NCBI GenBank assembly: GCA_036507115.1 | Contig: DASXQO010000230.1 | Location: 1 to 62,693 of the forward strand | From: Candidatus Eiseniibacteriota bacterium | GTDB taxonomy: Bacteria; Eisenbacteria; RBG-16-71-46; SZUA-252 | Length of the DNA: 62,693 bases | Direction: 5' to 3' | Part shown: piece after piece, positions 16,903 to 26,055 of the stretch | How the letters are laid out: the number at the start of each line of letters is the position of its first letter | Position numbering within the stretch: the first letter of the stretch is position 1 | Notes under the pieces: generated by a model | Told to the model about the DNA's origin: nothing | Databases searched by the model: none | The model's input: only the letters and a program-made list of their open reading frames with translations | Translations under genes and position numbers: made by a program

Positions 16903-18347
16903 CGCTTCCCTCTCGTGACCCGCGCGGACTTGCGCGCCGCCTTCTTCAGGCCGCCCTTCCGCAGAGACGCGGCTTCTCCGCCCCGCGCCTTCACCGCGCT
17001 CCGCTTCCGCCCGGATTCCTCGAGCGAATCCAGCGAGCGCCGGATCACGTCTTCGAGCTTGGGCCGTCCGATCTCCTCCAGCTCGTAACCCACCCGGACC
17101 GCGGGGCGCTTCATGGAGACGAGACGCCTCAGATCGATGGGGGTCGCGACGACGACCACGTCGCACGCGGTTGCGTTGATCGTCCTTTCCAGATCCCGGA
17201 TCTGCTCCTTGGAATATCCCATCGCGGGGAGGAGCGCGCCGACGTTCGGATATTGCTTGAACGTGTCCTTGATGCCCCCCACCAGCCACGGCCGTGGATC
17301 CACGATCTCGCTCGCGCCGTGCCGGCGCGCGGCGATGACGCCGGCGCCGTATTTCATCTCGCCGTGCGTCAGGGTGGGTCCGTCCTCGATCACGAGCGCC
17401 CGCTTCCCCAAGATCCACTCCGGATGGTCCACGGTGATCGGCGAGGCGGCGTCCACGATGACGGCGCCGGGATTCAGCGTTTGGACGCTCCGGCGCACCG
17501 CTTCGATGTTCTCGTAGTCCGTCGTCGTCTCCTTGTTGATCACGACCACGTCCGCGAGCCTCACGTTCGTCTCGCCGGGATGGTAGGTGCGCTCGTGGCC
17601 CGGGCGGTGCGGATCGGCCACGACGATCTGCAGATCCGGCTTGAAGAACGAGAAGTCGTTGTTGCCGCCGTCCCACACGATGACATCCGCCTCGCGCTCC
17701 GCCTGACGGAGGATCTCCGCGTAGTCGATCCCCGCGTAGACGATCGTGCCGCGGTCGAGATGCGGTTCGTATTCCTCCCGCTCCTCGATCGTGCACTTCT
17801 GTCGCTCCAGGTCCGCATAGGTCTCGAAGCGCTGCACTCCCTGGCGGGAGAGGTCTCCGTAGGGCATCGGGTGGCGGATCGCGACGACGCGCTTCCCCAT
17901 CGCTTTCAAAACCTCGCACACCTTGCGCGTGGTCTGGCTCTTTCCGGCGCCCGTGCGCACGGCGTTCACGGCGATGACGGGAACCTTGCTCGTGAGCTGG
18001 GTCGCCTTCGGGCCCATGAGCGTGAAGTCGCAGCCCAGGCCCGCGATCCAGGACGCCTTGTGCATCACGTACTCGTGCGAAACATCGCTGTAGGCGAAGA
18101 CCACTTCGTCCACGTCGTGTTCGCGGATCAGCTCGGGGAGCTCCTGCTCGGAGACGATCGGGATGCCTTTGGGGTACCGCCCGCCGGCCAGGGAGGGGGG
18201 ATAGCGGCGGTCATCGATCCCCGGGATCTGGGCGGATGCCGTGAATGCCACGACGAGGTACTCGGGGCGTCGCTTGAAGAACATGTTGAAGTTGTGAAAA
18301 TCGCGTCCGCCCGCCCCCATGATCACTACGCGTCTGGGCTTACTCAC
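16899..18347 (-). CDS. COG2403-type P-loop protein (cyclic 2,3-diphosphoglycerate synthetase-like) with a Lys/Arg-rich tail
   Basis: [18 protein letters not shown]-loop [11 protein letters not shown] and VVINK. I prefer GTG 18347 ((M)[10 protein letters not shown]), preceded by GAAGGAGG, over the tracked ATG 18392. The family name is from memory and tentative. Confidence 0.6.
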   Translation of the reverse strand: MSKPRRVVIMGAGGRDFHNFNMFFKRRPEYLVVAFTASAQIPGIDDRRYPPSLAGGRYPKGIPIVSEQELPELIREHDVDEVVFAYSDVSHEYVMHKASWIAGLGCDFTLMGPKATQLTSKVPVIAVNAVRTGAGKSQTTRKVCEVLKAMGKRVVAIRHPMPYGDLSRQGVQRFETYADLERQKCTIEEREEYEPHLDRGTIVYAGIDYAEILRQAEREADVIVWDGGNNDFSFFKPDLQIVVADPHRPGHERTYHPGETNVRLADVVVINKETTTDYENIEAVRRSVQTLNPGAVIVDAASPITVDHPEWILGKRALVIEDGPTLTHGEMKYGAGVIAARRHGASEIVDPRPWLVGGIKDTFKQYPNVGALLPAMGYSKEQIRDLERTINATACDVVVVATPIDLRRLVSMKRPAVRVGYELEEIGRPKLEDVIRRSLDSLEESGRKRSAVKARGGEAASLRKGGLKKAARKSARVTRGKR

Positions 18348-18489
18348 TCGAGGCACACCTCCTTCAGGGGTTTCGTGCAAGGACCCGCGCATCCACAGAA
18401 TGGGGCGGAAGCTTCGAGCCGCTCGCCCGCAGCCGGATGACGCAGGTCAGGGTCGCACTAGATGCACTACGTTGGGAAAACACAACACT

Positions 18490-18990
18490 TTAGCCGTTAC
18501 GGCGCGGCTCTGTCAAGGGGCGGCCGGAGCGGATCCGCTCGGTGATCTGCGAGGAGGAAAATCCGGGCACGAGTGGGATCACGTGGACGTGCCCGCCGGC
18601 GCGCTCCACCGGGTCTTTCCCCACCACGGTCCCCGGGGTGTAATCCCCCCCCTTGACGAGGATGTCGGGAAGGAGCTCCTCGATGATCCGGAGCGGGGTC
18701 TCCTCGTCGAAGAGCACGACGTAATCCACGCTCGCGAGCGCGGCCACGACCGTGGCGCGCGCCTGCTCCCCCTGGATGGGGCGGTCCGGACCCTTGATCG
18801 CGCGGACCGAGTGGTCGGAGTTCAGCCCGACGAGGAGGTAGTGCCCCAGGCTCCGCGCGCGGCGGAGCAGCTCGGTGTGGCCGGGATGGATGAGGTCGAA
18901 GCATCCGTTGGTGAAGACGAAGCGCCGGCCCAGGACGCGCGCCGCCATGCGCCGCCGTTTCGCCTCCTCGAGGGTGAGGATCTCACCCAA
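18490..18990 (-). CDS. hldC: D-beta-D-heptose 1-phosphate adenylyltransferase (cytidylyltransferase fold)
   Basis: FTNGCFDLIHPGHTELLRRAR, LLVGLNSD and DILVKGGDY. 8-nt overlap with the upstream kinase gene. Confidence 0.85.
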   Translation of the reverse strand: MGEILTLEEAKRRRMAARVLGRRFVFTNGCFDLIHPGHTELLRRARSLGHYLLVGLNSDHSVRAIKGPDRPIQGEQARATVVAALASVDYVVLFDEETPLRIIEELLPDILVKGGDYTPGTVVGKDPVERAGGHVHVIPLVPGFSSSQITERIRSGRPLTEPRRNG

Positions 18991-20020
18991 CGGGCAGATC
19001 TCCCAGCGACTCGAGGAGCGCGGCCGCGGACGCGGCGGCCGTTCCCAGCTCCGCCACGACGAGCCCCGCCGCGTGGTTCGCGAGCACGCATGCCTCGGGG
19101 AGCGGGGTCTCGGCGGCGAGCGCCGTCGCGATCGTCGCGACCACGGTGTCGCCCGCTCCGGTGACGTCGTAGACCCGGCGCGCCCGGGTCGGAAAGTGGG
19201 TGTGTCCCTGGGGCGTGAAGAGCGACATCCCCTCTTCGCCGCGCGTGATGAGCACCGCCCCCGCGTCGAGTTTCTCGCGGAGCCCGAAGCCCGCCTCGAC
19301 CAGGTCCTCGTGGTTCCGGATCTTCCGGCCCCACGCCTGGGAGGCTTCCGCGAGATTGGGCGTGATCACCGAAACGCCGCGGTAGCTCTGAAAATGCTCC
19401 TCCTTCGGATCGACGGCGCTCGCAATGCCCCTGCGCGAGAGCTCGGGAAGGAGCCGGTCCAAGATCGCGGGCGACACGACCCCCTTGCCGTAATCGGAGA
19501 CCAGGACCGCCGCCGCGTCCGGAAGCGCTCGCTCGATCCGCCGCCACAGCTCCTCGAGCACGGAAACGGAGAGCGCTTCGCGCGATTCCTCGTCCGCGCG
19601 CAGCACTTGCTGATGGTGGGCGATGATGCGGGTCTTGAGGGTGGTGCGGCGGCCGGGATCTTGGAGCACCCCTCCGTCCGAATCGACCCCTCGGGCGTCG
19701 AGCTCGCGCTTCAAGCTCTGGGCGGCGGGATCGGCTCCGACGACGCCGATCAGGACCGGGGCCGCGCCGAGCGCGCTCACGTTCTGGGCGACGTTGGCGG
19801 CCCCACCGAGGCGCAGCTCCTCCCGATCGACATCCACGACGAGTACGGGCGCCTCGGGGGACACGCGGGTCGCGCTGCCCCAGAGATAGCGGTCGAGAAT
19901 CACGTCGCCGATCACGAGGACGCGCCGGCCGCGGAAGCTCCGGACCCGCGCCTCGAGCGCCCCCCGCGTGAATCGCGGCTTCGACTCGGACCCGACCTCG
20001 CTTTTGCCGACCGGCGTCAG
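18983..20020 (-). CDS. hldA: D-beta-D-heptose 7-phosphate kinase (PfkB family)
   Basis: RVLVIGDVILDRYLWG...SPEAPV, ITPNLAEA and DVTGAGDTVVA. There is no ATG, GTG or TTG between the upstream stop and the conserved N-terminus, so the start is inferred as CTG 20020 (CTGA overlap). The start is uncertain. Confidence 0.75.
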   Translation of the reverse strand: MTPVGKSEVGSESKPRFTRGALEARVRSFRGRRVLVIGDVILDRYLWGSATRVSPEAPVLVVDVDREELRLGGAANVAQNVSALGAAPVLIGVVGADPAAQSLKRELDARGVDSDGGVLQDPGRRTTLKTRIIAHHQQVLRADEESREALSVSVLEELWRRIERALPDAAAVLVSDYGKGVVSPAILDRLLPELSRRGIASAVDPKEEHFQSYRGVSVITPNLAEASQAWGRKIRNHEDLVEAGFGLREKLDAGAVLITRGEEGMSLFTPQGHTHFPTRARRVYDVTGAGDTVVATIATALAAETPLPEACVLANHAAGLVVAELGTAAASAAALLESLGDLPVG

Positions 20021-20328
20021 GCCGTCTCCTCTCCCGGGCCCGGCTCCGGGGTCGCCGCCAGGTACTCCTCGATCAGCGCGCGAGCGCGGTCGGCGTCTTT
20101 CCCGATCACGAGAACCCGTCCCCAGAAACCGTGGTGGAGCGTTTGCAGCGTGCTGAACCAGGAGATCTGGACCGGCTCCACCGTGGCCTCGATACCCTGG
20201 CTCCTCAAGAAGTCGCACAGCAAGGTCGCGGTCGGTTCGTCGGGAACCTCCCGGACCGATATCAGGAGCTCGCGGTCGAGCTCGTCCGGATCGCTCCGCC
20301 CCGCCGCTTCTTCGCCTTCTTCGCTCAT
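20017..20328 (-). CDS. DUF2007-like small protein (putative signal-transducing fold)
   Basis: 103 aa, acidic. LLCDFLRSQGIEATVEP...GRVLVIGKDADRARALIEEY pattern. ATGA overlap with galE. Confidence 0.55.
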   Translation of the reverse strand: MSEEGEEAAGRSDPDELDRELLISVREVPDEPTATLLCDFLRSQGIEATVEPVQISWFSTLQTLHHGFWGRVLVIGKDADRARALIEEYLAATPEPGPGEETA

Positions 20329-21308
20329 TCCTTATAGCCCTCCGGGTGGCGCTCGCGCCAGTCCCACGCGGTTTCGAGGATCACGCGCAGCTCCTCGAAC
20401 TGCGGATCCCAGCCTAGCACGCGCCGCGCCGCTTCCGAGGAGGCAATCAGGGACGGAGGATCTCCGGCTCTCCGGGGCGCCTCGACCGTCGGCACGGGAC
20501 GCCCGGCCACGCGCGCGACGGCCGCGACCATCTCGCGCACCGATACGCCCCTTCCCGCGCCGAGGTTCAAGGCGAGGCTCGGGCCCCCTTCGGCCAGGTA
20601 GCGGATCGCGCGGAGGTGCGCGTCGGCGACATCGACCACGTGGAGGTAGTCGCGAACGGCCGTGCCGTCGGGGGTCGGATAATCGTGGCCGTAGATCGAC
20701 GCGGGCCCGCGGATCCCCAGCGCGGCGTCGATCAAGAGCGGGACCAGATGGGTCTCGTTCCGGTGATCCTCGCCGTGGTCGATGCTCGCTCCCGCCACGT
20801 TGAAGTACCGGAGTGCGGCGTAGCGGATCTCCCCGCTCCGGGCCCGCTCGGAGAGCATCCGCTCGAACCGGACTTTTGTCTCGCCGTAGGGATTCGCGGG
20901 ACGGAGCGGCGAGGATTCGGTGAGCGGCATGGGGGCGGACGGGTCGTAGACCGCCGCGGACGAGGAAAAGACGATGTCGCGGACGCCGTGCTCGCGCATC
21001 GCGTCGAGCAGGAGCGCGCCCTGCACGACGTTCACCTCCTCGTAGAGATCGGGGTTCGAAACCGACTCCTGGACGAGCGATTTCGCGGCGAGGTGGACCA
21101 CGCAATCGATCTCCTTCTCTTCGAACGACCGTCGGAGCGTTTCCGGATCGCCGAGGGTTCCCTCGATGAGGAGCGCCAGGGGCACGACCGCGTCCCGGTG
21201 CCCCGTGGAGAGATCGTCGAGCACGATAGCCGAATGCCGCGCCCGAACCAGTTCCTCCACGACGACGCTGCCGATGTAGCCCGCGCCGCCCACGACGAGC
21301 GCGTTCAC
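20325..21308 (-). CDS. galE: UDP-glucose 4-epimerase
   Basis: 327-aa C-terminal part of tracked ORF 20325..21578. VVGGAGYIGS, YGETK, and DYPTPDGTAVRDYLHV. GTG 21308 overlaps the rpe stop. Confidence 0.9.
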   Translation of the reverse strand: MNALVVGGAGYIGSVVVEELVRARHSAIVLDDLSTGHRDAVVPLALLIEGTLGDPETLRRSFEEKEIDCVVHLAAKSLVQESVSNPDLYEEVNVVQGALLLDAMREHGVRDIVFSSSAAVYDPSAPMPLTESSPLRPANPYGETKVRFERMLSERARSGEIRYAALRYFNVAGASIDHGEDHRNETHLVPLLIDAALGIRGPASIYGHDYPTPDGTAVRDYLHVVDVADAHLRAIRYLAEGGPSLALNLGAGRGVSVREMVAAVARVAGRPVPTVEAPRRAGDPPSLIASSEAARRVLGWDPQFEELRVILETAWDWRERHPEGYKE

Positions 21309-22018
21309 ACGCGCTCGAGACTGCGGCGGAGGGAGCGGACCGCCTCGGGCGGATCGGAGGTCTTGAAAATGGAGTGCCCGGCGATGAACGTGTCCGCGCC
21401 GGCGCGCGCGGCGACCGGAGCGGTCGAGGGCCCGATGCCCCCGTCGACCCCGAGGAGGCAGTCGAGGTTCTCGCGGTCGATCGCGGCCCGGACGGCCGCG
21501 ATCCGTTCCGGCGATCCCTCGAGAAAGGCCTGGCCGCCCGCCCCGGGTTCCACGGTCATCACGAGCGCGATGTCGCATCCGGAGAGCGCCGGGAGGTAGC
21601 GGGTAAGCGGGGTCCCGGGCTTGATCGCGAGCCCCGCGCGGAGCCCACGGGCCCGGATCTCGTGCAGCGATCGAAGCGGATCCTCGACCGCCTCGACGTG
21701 CACGATCAGGTGATCCGCGCCCGCACGGGCGAACTCCTCGAGAAAGCGCAGCGGGTCGACCACCATGAGGTGGACGTCGAGCGGGAGCGAGGTGAGCCGG
21801 CGCATCGCCTGGACGAGGATGGGGCCAAAGGTGAGATTGGGCACGAACTGGCCGTCCATGACGTCGGCGTGGAGAAAGTCGGCGCCCGCCCGGGCGACGG
21901 TTGCGATCTCGTCTCCCAAGCGGGAAAAATCGGCGGAGAGGATGGAGGGGCAGATCCGGTTTTGCCGAGGGCGCGCCCAGTTCCGGGCCGGAGCCGGCGC
22001 GGGCGTTCCAGCGATCAC
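21305..22018 (-). CDS. rpe: Ribulose-phosphate 3-epimerase
   Basis: ICPSILSADFSRLGDEI, LHADVMDGQFVPNLTFG, DVHLMV, and MTVEPGAGGQAF. Confidence 0.95.
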   Translation of the reverse strand: MIAGTPAPAPARNWARPRQNRICPSILSADFSRLGDEIATVARAGADFLHADVMDGQFVPNLTFGPILVQAMRRLTSLPLDVHLMVVDPLRFLEEFARAGADHLIVHVEAVEDPLRSLHEIRARGLRAGLAIKPGTPLTRYLPALSGCDIALVMTVEPGAGGQAFLEGSPERIAAVRAAIDRENLDCLLGVDGGIGPSTAPVAARAGADTFIAGHSIFKTSDPPEAVRSLRRSLERV

Positions 22019-22821
22019 GGATGTACGAAGAGCACGATCGAATCGCGGGACGAGACGCGGTGCCCCGGCGACGGCTCCTGCGCGGACACGAGACCCGCCT
22101 TCTGCCTCGGGCCTCCTTCGCGGACCTGGACCAAGAATCCTTCCTCCCGGAGGCTCCGCGCGACGTCCTGGGCGTCTTTCCCTATCAGATTCGGCAGGAG
22201 GTAATTCTGCGGCCTCGGCCCCAGGCTCACGAGGAGATTCACCACCGTCCCCTGCTCGACGAGGGTCTCACCGGGCGGGTCGGAGGCCACGACCAGGTCC
22301 TTGCTCGCTTCCTCGGTGTAGACTTTCGCGATGCGTCCCGACTTGAGGCCCGAGCCTTCGAGCAGGAGCTGCGCCTGGCGGGCGGTCACGCCCCCCAGGA
22401 GGGGCACGCTGGTGCCTTGAGCGCCAAGGCTCACGATGACCGAGATCCGGCGCCCTCGCTTGACGACGCCTCCTGAGGCAGGATCTTGCGAGATCACGAA
22501 TCCGCGCGGAATGTCAGGGCTCCATTGCTCGGAGATCTTGGAGAGCTTGAGCCCCTCGGATGCGAGCACCCGTTCGGCTTCGATCTCGCTCTGGCCGGTC
22601 ACCTCGGGCACCTGGACTTCGGCCCCCTGGCGCGTGAAGCTCGGCATGAGCACGAGATTCATCACGAGGAATCCGCCGAGGAGCGCGACCGCGGCGAGGA
22701 GAAGCGTCCCCGACCAGAAGGAAAAGCGCGGACCGCGGCGGCGCTCGGCGGGCGGGGGCGGCGGGGTAGCGGGCGTCTCCTGCACCGTTTCCTCCACGCC
22801 GAGTTGCACGGAGTCGTTCAC
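22015..22821 (-). CDS. Membrane-anchored protein with three PASTA domains and no kinase domain
   Basis: About 33 aa of cytoplasmic N-terminus, then TM WSGTLLLAAVALLGGFLVMNLVL. Three PASTA-like units follow: VQVPEVTGQS...ISVIVSLG, TSVPLLGGVT...VNLLVSLG and YLLPNLIGKD...SIVLFV. Confidence 0.8.
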   Translation of the reverse strand: MNDSVQLGVEETVQETPATPPPPPAERRRGPRFSFWSGTLLLAAVALLGGFLVMNLVLMPSFTRQGAEVQVPEVTGQSEIEAERVLASEGLKLSKISEQWSPDIPRGFVISQDPASGGVVKRGRRISVIVSLGAQGTSVPLLGGVTARQAQLLLEGSGLKSGRIAKVYTEEASKDLVVASDPPGETLVEQGTVVNLLVSLGPRPQNYLLPNLIGKDAQDVARSLREEGFLVQVREGGPRQKAGLVSAQEPSPGHRVSSRDSIVLFVHP

Positions 22822-24194
22822 CGCCTTCGGAAACGCGCGGCGAACACGCCGTCCGTCCCGTTTCGCTGAGGCGTCGCGTTCAAGTGGGCCCCGCCCGAGC
22901 GGAACGCGGCGGGAAGGGTCCGGTCCACTTCCTCCTGCGCGAATTCGGGATGGGCCTTGAGAAAGGATTCCACGACTTCCAGGGTCTCCTCAGGTTCCAA
23001 GGAGCAGACACTATACACCAAGACGCCGCCCTTCCGGACGAGCGGTGCCGCTCCCTCGAGAAGCTTCGGCTGCAGCGCGGCCATCGCGAGGACGCTCGAC
23101 TCTTCCTTCCGCCAGCGCGCGTCCGCGCGGCGCCTCAGCACGCCGAGCCCCGAGCAGGGCGCGTCGACCAGCACCCGGTCGAACGGAGCGCGAAAGGGCG
23201 GTCTCGTCCCGTCCCCGCAGACTACGCGGGCGTTTTGAAGGCGAAGCCGCCCGCCCAGGTTTTCACGGAGCGCCCGCGCGCGGCTCGGGTGCCGTTCCAG
23301 CGCGAACACACGTCCCTCCTTCCCAACCGCCTCGGCGATCTGTGCCGCTTTCCCACCGGGCGCCGCGCAGAGATCGAGCACACGCTCCCCCGGCTTCGGA
23401 TCGAGGATCAGGACCACCGACGCCTCCGCTTCATCCTGTAAAGAGATCAGGCCCTCGCGAAAGACTCCCGACCGCGAGGGAACGAACCCGCCCCCCAGCG
23501 TCCACACCGGGCCGCCGTTCCGCCCCGGTTCGGGAGTAAATCCCTCGCCGCGCAACCGCGCCAGGATCTCATCGCGCGAGCCGCGCGCGAGGTTCGGACG
23601 GACCGAGATGTGGGGTTCCTCGTTGTCCGCCTCGAGCAGCCGCTCCGCCCCTTCCCGGCCCAGCCGCGCCATCCAGCGCTCCACGATCCATCGCGGGTGG
23701 GAGTGGACGGTGGAGAGATACGCGACGGGATCCGAACCCGGATCCGGAAGCGGCGCGCGCTCCCCGTCCGCGAGTCGACGCAATATTGCGTTCGCGAGAC
23801 CGGCCGTTCCGGGATGGCCGTACTTCTTCGCCAGCTCGACGCTCTCGTCCACCGCCGCCCTCGCCGGGATCCGGTCCATGAAGAGGATCTGGAACGCGCC
23901 GAGCCGGAGCGCGCCCTTGATCCACGCGGGGAGACCGCCCCAATTCTCGCGCGAGAAGAAAACGAGGTGATGATCGAGGGTGGCGCGGTGCCGGAGCGCT
24001 CCCTGAACGAGCGCGGTCACCAGATGCGCCTCTTCGGGGGCGAGTGCTACCTCCTTCAACCGCGTCTCGAGCAGGCGATCGGAGTAGGCTCCGCGGCTTT
24101 CCACCGCCACGAGGATCTGGAGCGCGAGCTCCCGCGCGCCGAGCGGTTTCTTGCGGGCCCAGGGCTTCCGCCTGCCCTTCTTCTTCGTGGTCAC
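22818..24194 (-). CDS. rsmB: 16S rRNA (cytosine967-C5)-methyltransferase
   Basis: N-terminal NusB-like domain. VLDLCAAPGGKA, DRVLVDAPCSGLGVLRR, and YSVCSLEPEE. Confidence 0.9.
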   Translation of the reverse strand: MTTKKKGRRKPWARKKPLGARELALQILVAVESRGAYSDRLLETRLKEVALAPEEAHLVTALVQGALRHRATLDHHLVFFSRENWGGLPAWIKGALRLGAFQILFMDRIPARAAVDESVELAKKYGHPGTAGLANAILRRLADGERAPLPDPGSDPVAYLSTVHSHPRWIVERWMARLGREGAERLLEADNEEPHISVRPNLARGSRDEILARLRGEGFTPEPGRNGGPVWTLGGGFVPSRSGVFREGLISLQDEAEASVVLILDPKPGERVLDLCAAPGGKAAQIAEAVGKEGRVFALERHPSRARALRENLGGRLRLQNARVVCGDGTRPPFRAPFDRVLVDAPCSGLGVLRRRADARWRKEESSVLAMAALQPKLLEGAAPLVRKGGVLVYSVCSLEPEETLEVVESFLKAHPEFAQEEVDRTLPAAFRSGGAHLNATPQRNGTDGVFAARFRRR

Positions 24195-25159
24195 GCCTCG
24201 AGGTCCTGGGCAAGGGGAAGCCGCGTGCCCGGCTCAAGCCGGGCGCCCAGCGCGTAGTCGTAGCCGCTCATCTCGTTCCTCCCGCTCGGGCGCACGCGCC
24301 CGAGCCAGACCGAGCCCGAGCGAAGGCCGAGCAAGAGCCCGCGTTCGCGGTCCAGGGCGAGCACCCATCCGGAATCATCCGAAGCCGCGGCCGCCTCCGC
24401 GGAGGCCGGGCCGGGAGACGCCGCCAGCACTTGCAGCGCGCCGCGCTCGAGGTCCAGGGTTGCGCCCGGCTTCGGCGCGAACGCGCGGACCCTCCGCGCG
24501 AACGCGGGCGGATCCTCGCCCAGGGAGAGTCGCGCGTCCTCGCGGCCGAGCTTGGGCGCGTAGGTCGCGCGCGAAGGATCCTGGGCTTCGCGCACCATTT
24601 CCCCCTTCTCGATCCGCGCGAGCGTTTCGGACAGGCACATAGCGCCCAGCTCGGCGAGGCGCGCGCCCAGCGATCCCGCGTCCTCGTCCGGATGGATCGG
24701 CGTCTTGAGCGAGGCGAAGACGGGGCCTTCGTCGAGCTTCTCGGTCATCCACATCGTCGTCACCCCGGTCTCCCGATCCCCCGCGAGGATCGCCGCCTGG
24801 ATCGGAGAGGCGCCGCGGTGCCTCGGCAGAAGCGAGAAGTGAACGTTGAGGGCTCCGATCCGCGGAAGCGCAAGGAGCTCGGGGCTCAGGATCTGTCCGT
24901 AGGCGGCCAGCACGAGGAGGTCGGGCTTAAGTAGCCTCAGCCTGTCGAGCTCCTCCGGGGCGCCCGCGCGCGCCGGGGTGACGACCGGGAGGCCGCGCGA
25001 TTCGGCCGCGGCCCGAACCGGAGAGGGGAGGGTCAAGAGCCCACGCCCCTTCGGACGGTCCCGCCGGGTCACGACGAGCAACGGTGCCCTGCCTTCGTCC
25101 ACGAGGCCTGTCAGGGCGGGCACCGCGAGGGCGGGCGTGCCGTAGTACACGAGGCGCAC
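24191..25159 (-). CDS. fmt: Methionyl-tRNA formyltransferase
   Basis: 322-aa C-terminal part of tracked ORF 24191..25441. VRLVYYGTPALAV, NVHFSLLPRHRGASPIQAAI. GTG 25159 lies 8 nt after the def stop. Confidence 0.9.
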   Translation of the reverse strand: MRLVYYGTPALAVPALTGLVDEGRAPLLVVTRRDRPKGRGLLTLPSPVRAAAESRGLPVVTPARAGAPEELDRLRLLKPDLLVLAAYGQILSPELLALPRIGALNVHFSLLPRHRGASPIQAAILAGDRETGVTTMWMTEKLDEGPVFASLKTPIHPDEDAGSLGARLAELGAMCLSETLARIEKGEMVREAQDPSRATYAPKLGREDARLSLGEDPPAFARRVRAFAPKPGATLDLERGALQVLAASPGPASAEAAAASDDSGWVLALDRERGLLLGLRSGSVWLGRVRPSGRNEMSGYDYALGARLEPGTRLPLAQDLEA

Positions 25160-25167
25160 GGCGCCCG

Positions 25168-25722
25168 CTAGAAGGAGGGCGAGGCGGAGGGGCTCGGCGC
25201 GGGCCTCTCGGCTTCGTCGAATCGCATCCGCGCGAGTTTCGGCTCGAGGAGCTTTCTCCGGATCGCGCTCAGCCGATCGATGAAGAGGACTCCGTCCAGA
25301 TGGTCGAGCTCGTGCTGGAGCGCGCGAGAGAGGAGCCCTTCGGCGCGCACGCGGATCCGCGCGCCGTTCTCGTCGAGCCCTTCGAAGAGGACCTGGGCGT
25401 GGCGCTTCACGTCCGCGTGGATGCCCGGGATGCTGAGACAACCCTCCTCGCCGACCACCGTGCCGGTCGCTTCCACGATCTCGGGGTTCACGAGCGCGAG
25501 CTTCGTGCGCTCCCCCGCTTCCCTCTCGACGTCCACGACGAAGATGCGCTGCGCGACTCCGACCTGGGGCGCGGCGAGCCCGATCCCGCGCTCGCGGTAC
25601 ATGCAGTCGAACAGGGCCGCGATCAGCTCGCGCACCTCGGGGCCGACCGACGCGACGGGCTCCGCCCTCCGGCGAAGGATCGGATCGCCGTAATAACGAA
25701 GCTGGAACGGCTTCTCAGCCAC
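25168..25722 (-). CDS. def: Peptide deformylase
   Basis: GIGLAAPQVG, EGCLSIPG and HELDHLDG metal-site motifs. Confidence 0.95.
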   Translation of the reverse strand: MAEKPFQLRYYGDPILRRRAEPVASVGPEVRELIAALFDCMYRERGIGLAAPQVGVAQRIFVVDVEREAGERTKLALVNPEIVEATGTVVGEEGCLSIPGIHADVKRHAQVLFEGLDENGARIRVRAEGLLSRALQHELDHLDGVLFIDRLSAIRRKLLEPKLARMRFDEAERPAPSPSASPSF

Positions 25723-26041
25723 CGCGCTCCTTGACCTGGACGATCGCCTCCCTGGCGAACTCCATCTTCACGTCGTCCGCGACCTTGAGCACGACGACGC
25801 CCTCCTTCTCGCCGACGACCGTGCCGAAGAGCCCGCCCGTGGTCAGGACCCGGTCCCCTTTGCGGATGGAGGCGCGCATGGCCTCGGTCTCCTTCTGCTT
25901 CCTCTGCTGGGGACGGATGATCATGAAGTAGACGATTCCCACTGTGACGCCCAGGAGCATGATCATGTGGATCATCTGGTCCATCGCAGAAGGCGCCTCG
26001 GGCGCGGCCTGCGTCGCCTGTGCGTACGCCACATCGAACAT
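25715..26041 (-). CDS. yajC: Preprotein translocase subunit YajC
   Basis: 108-aa C-terminal part of tracked ORF 25715..26569. TM region then IIRPQQRKQKE...KGDRVLTTGGLFGTV. Confidence 0.9.
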   Translation of the reverse strand: MFDVAYAQATQAAPEAPSAMDQMIHMIMLLGVTVGIVYFMIIRPQQRKQKETEAMRASIRKGDRVLTTGGLFGTVVGEKEGVVVLKVADDVKMEFAREAIVQVKERGG

Positions 26042-26055
26042 GGGTTCTCCTCGGG

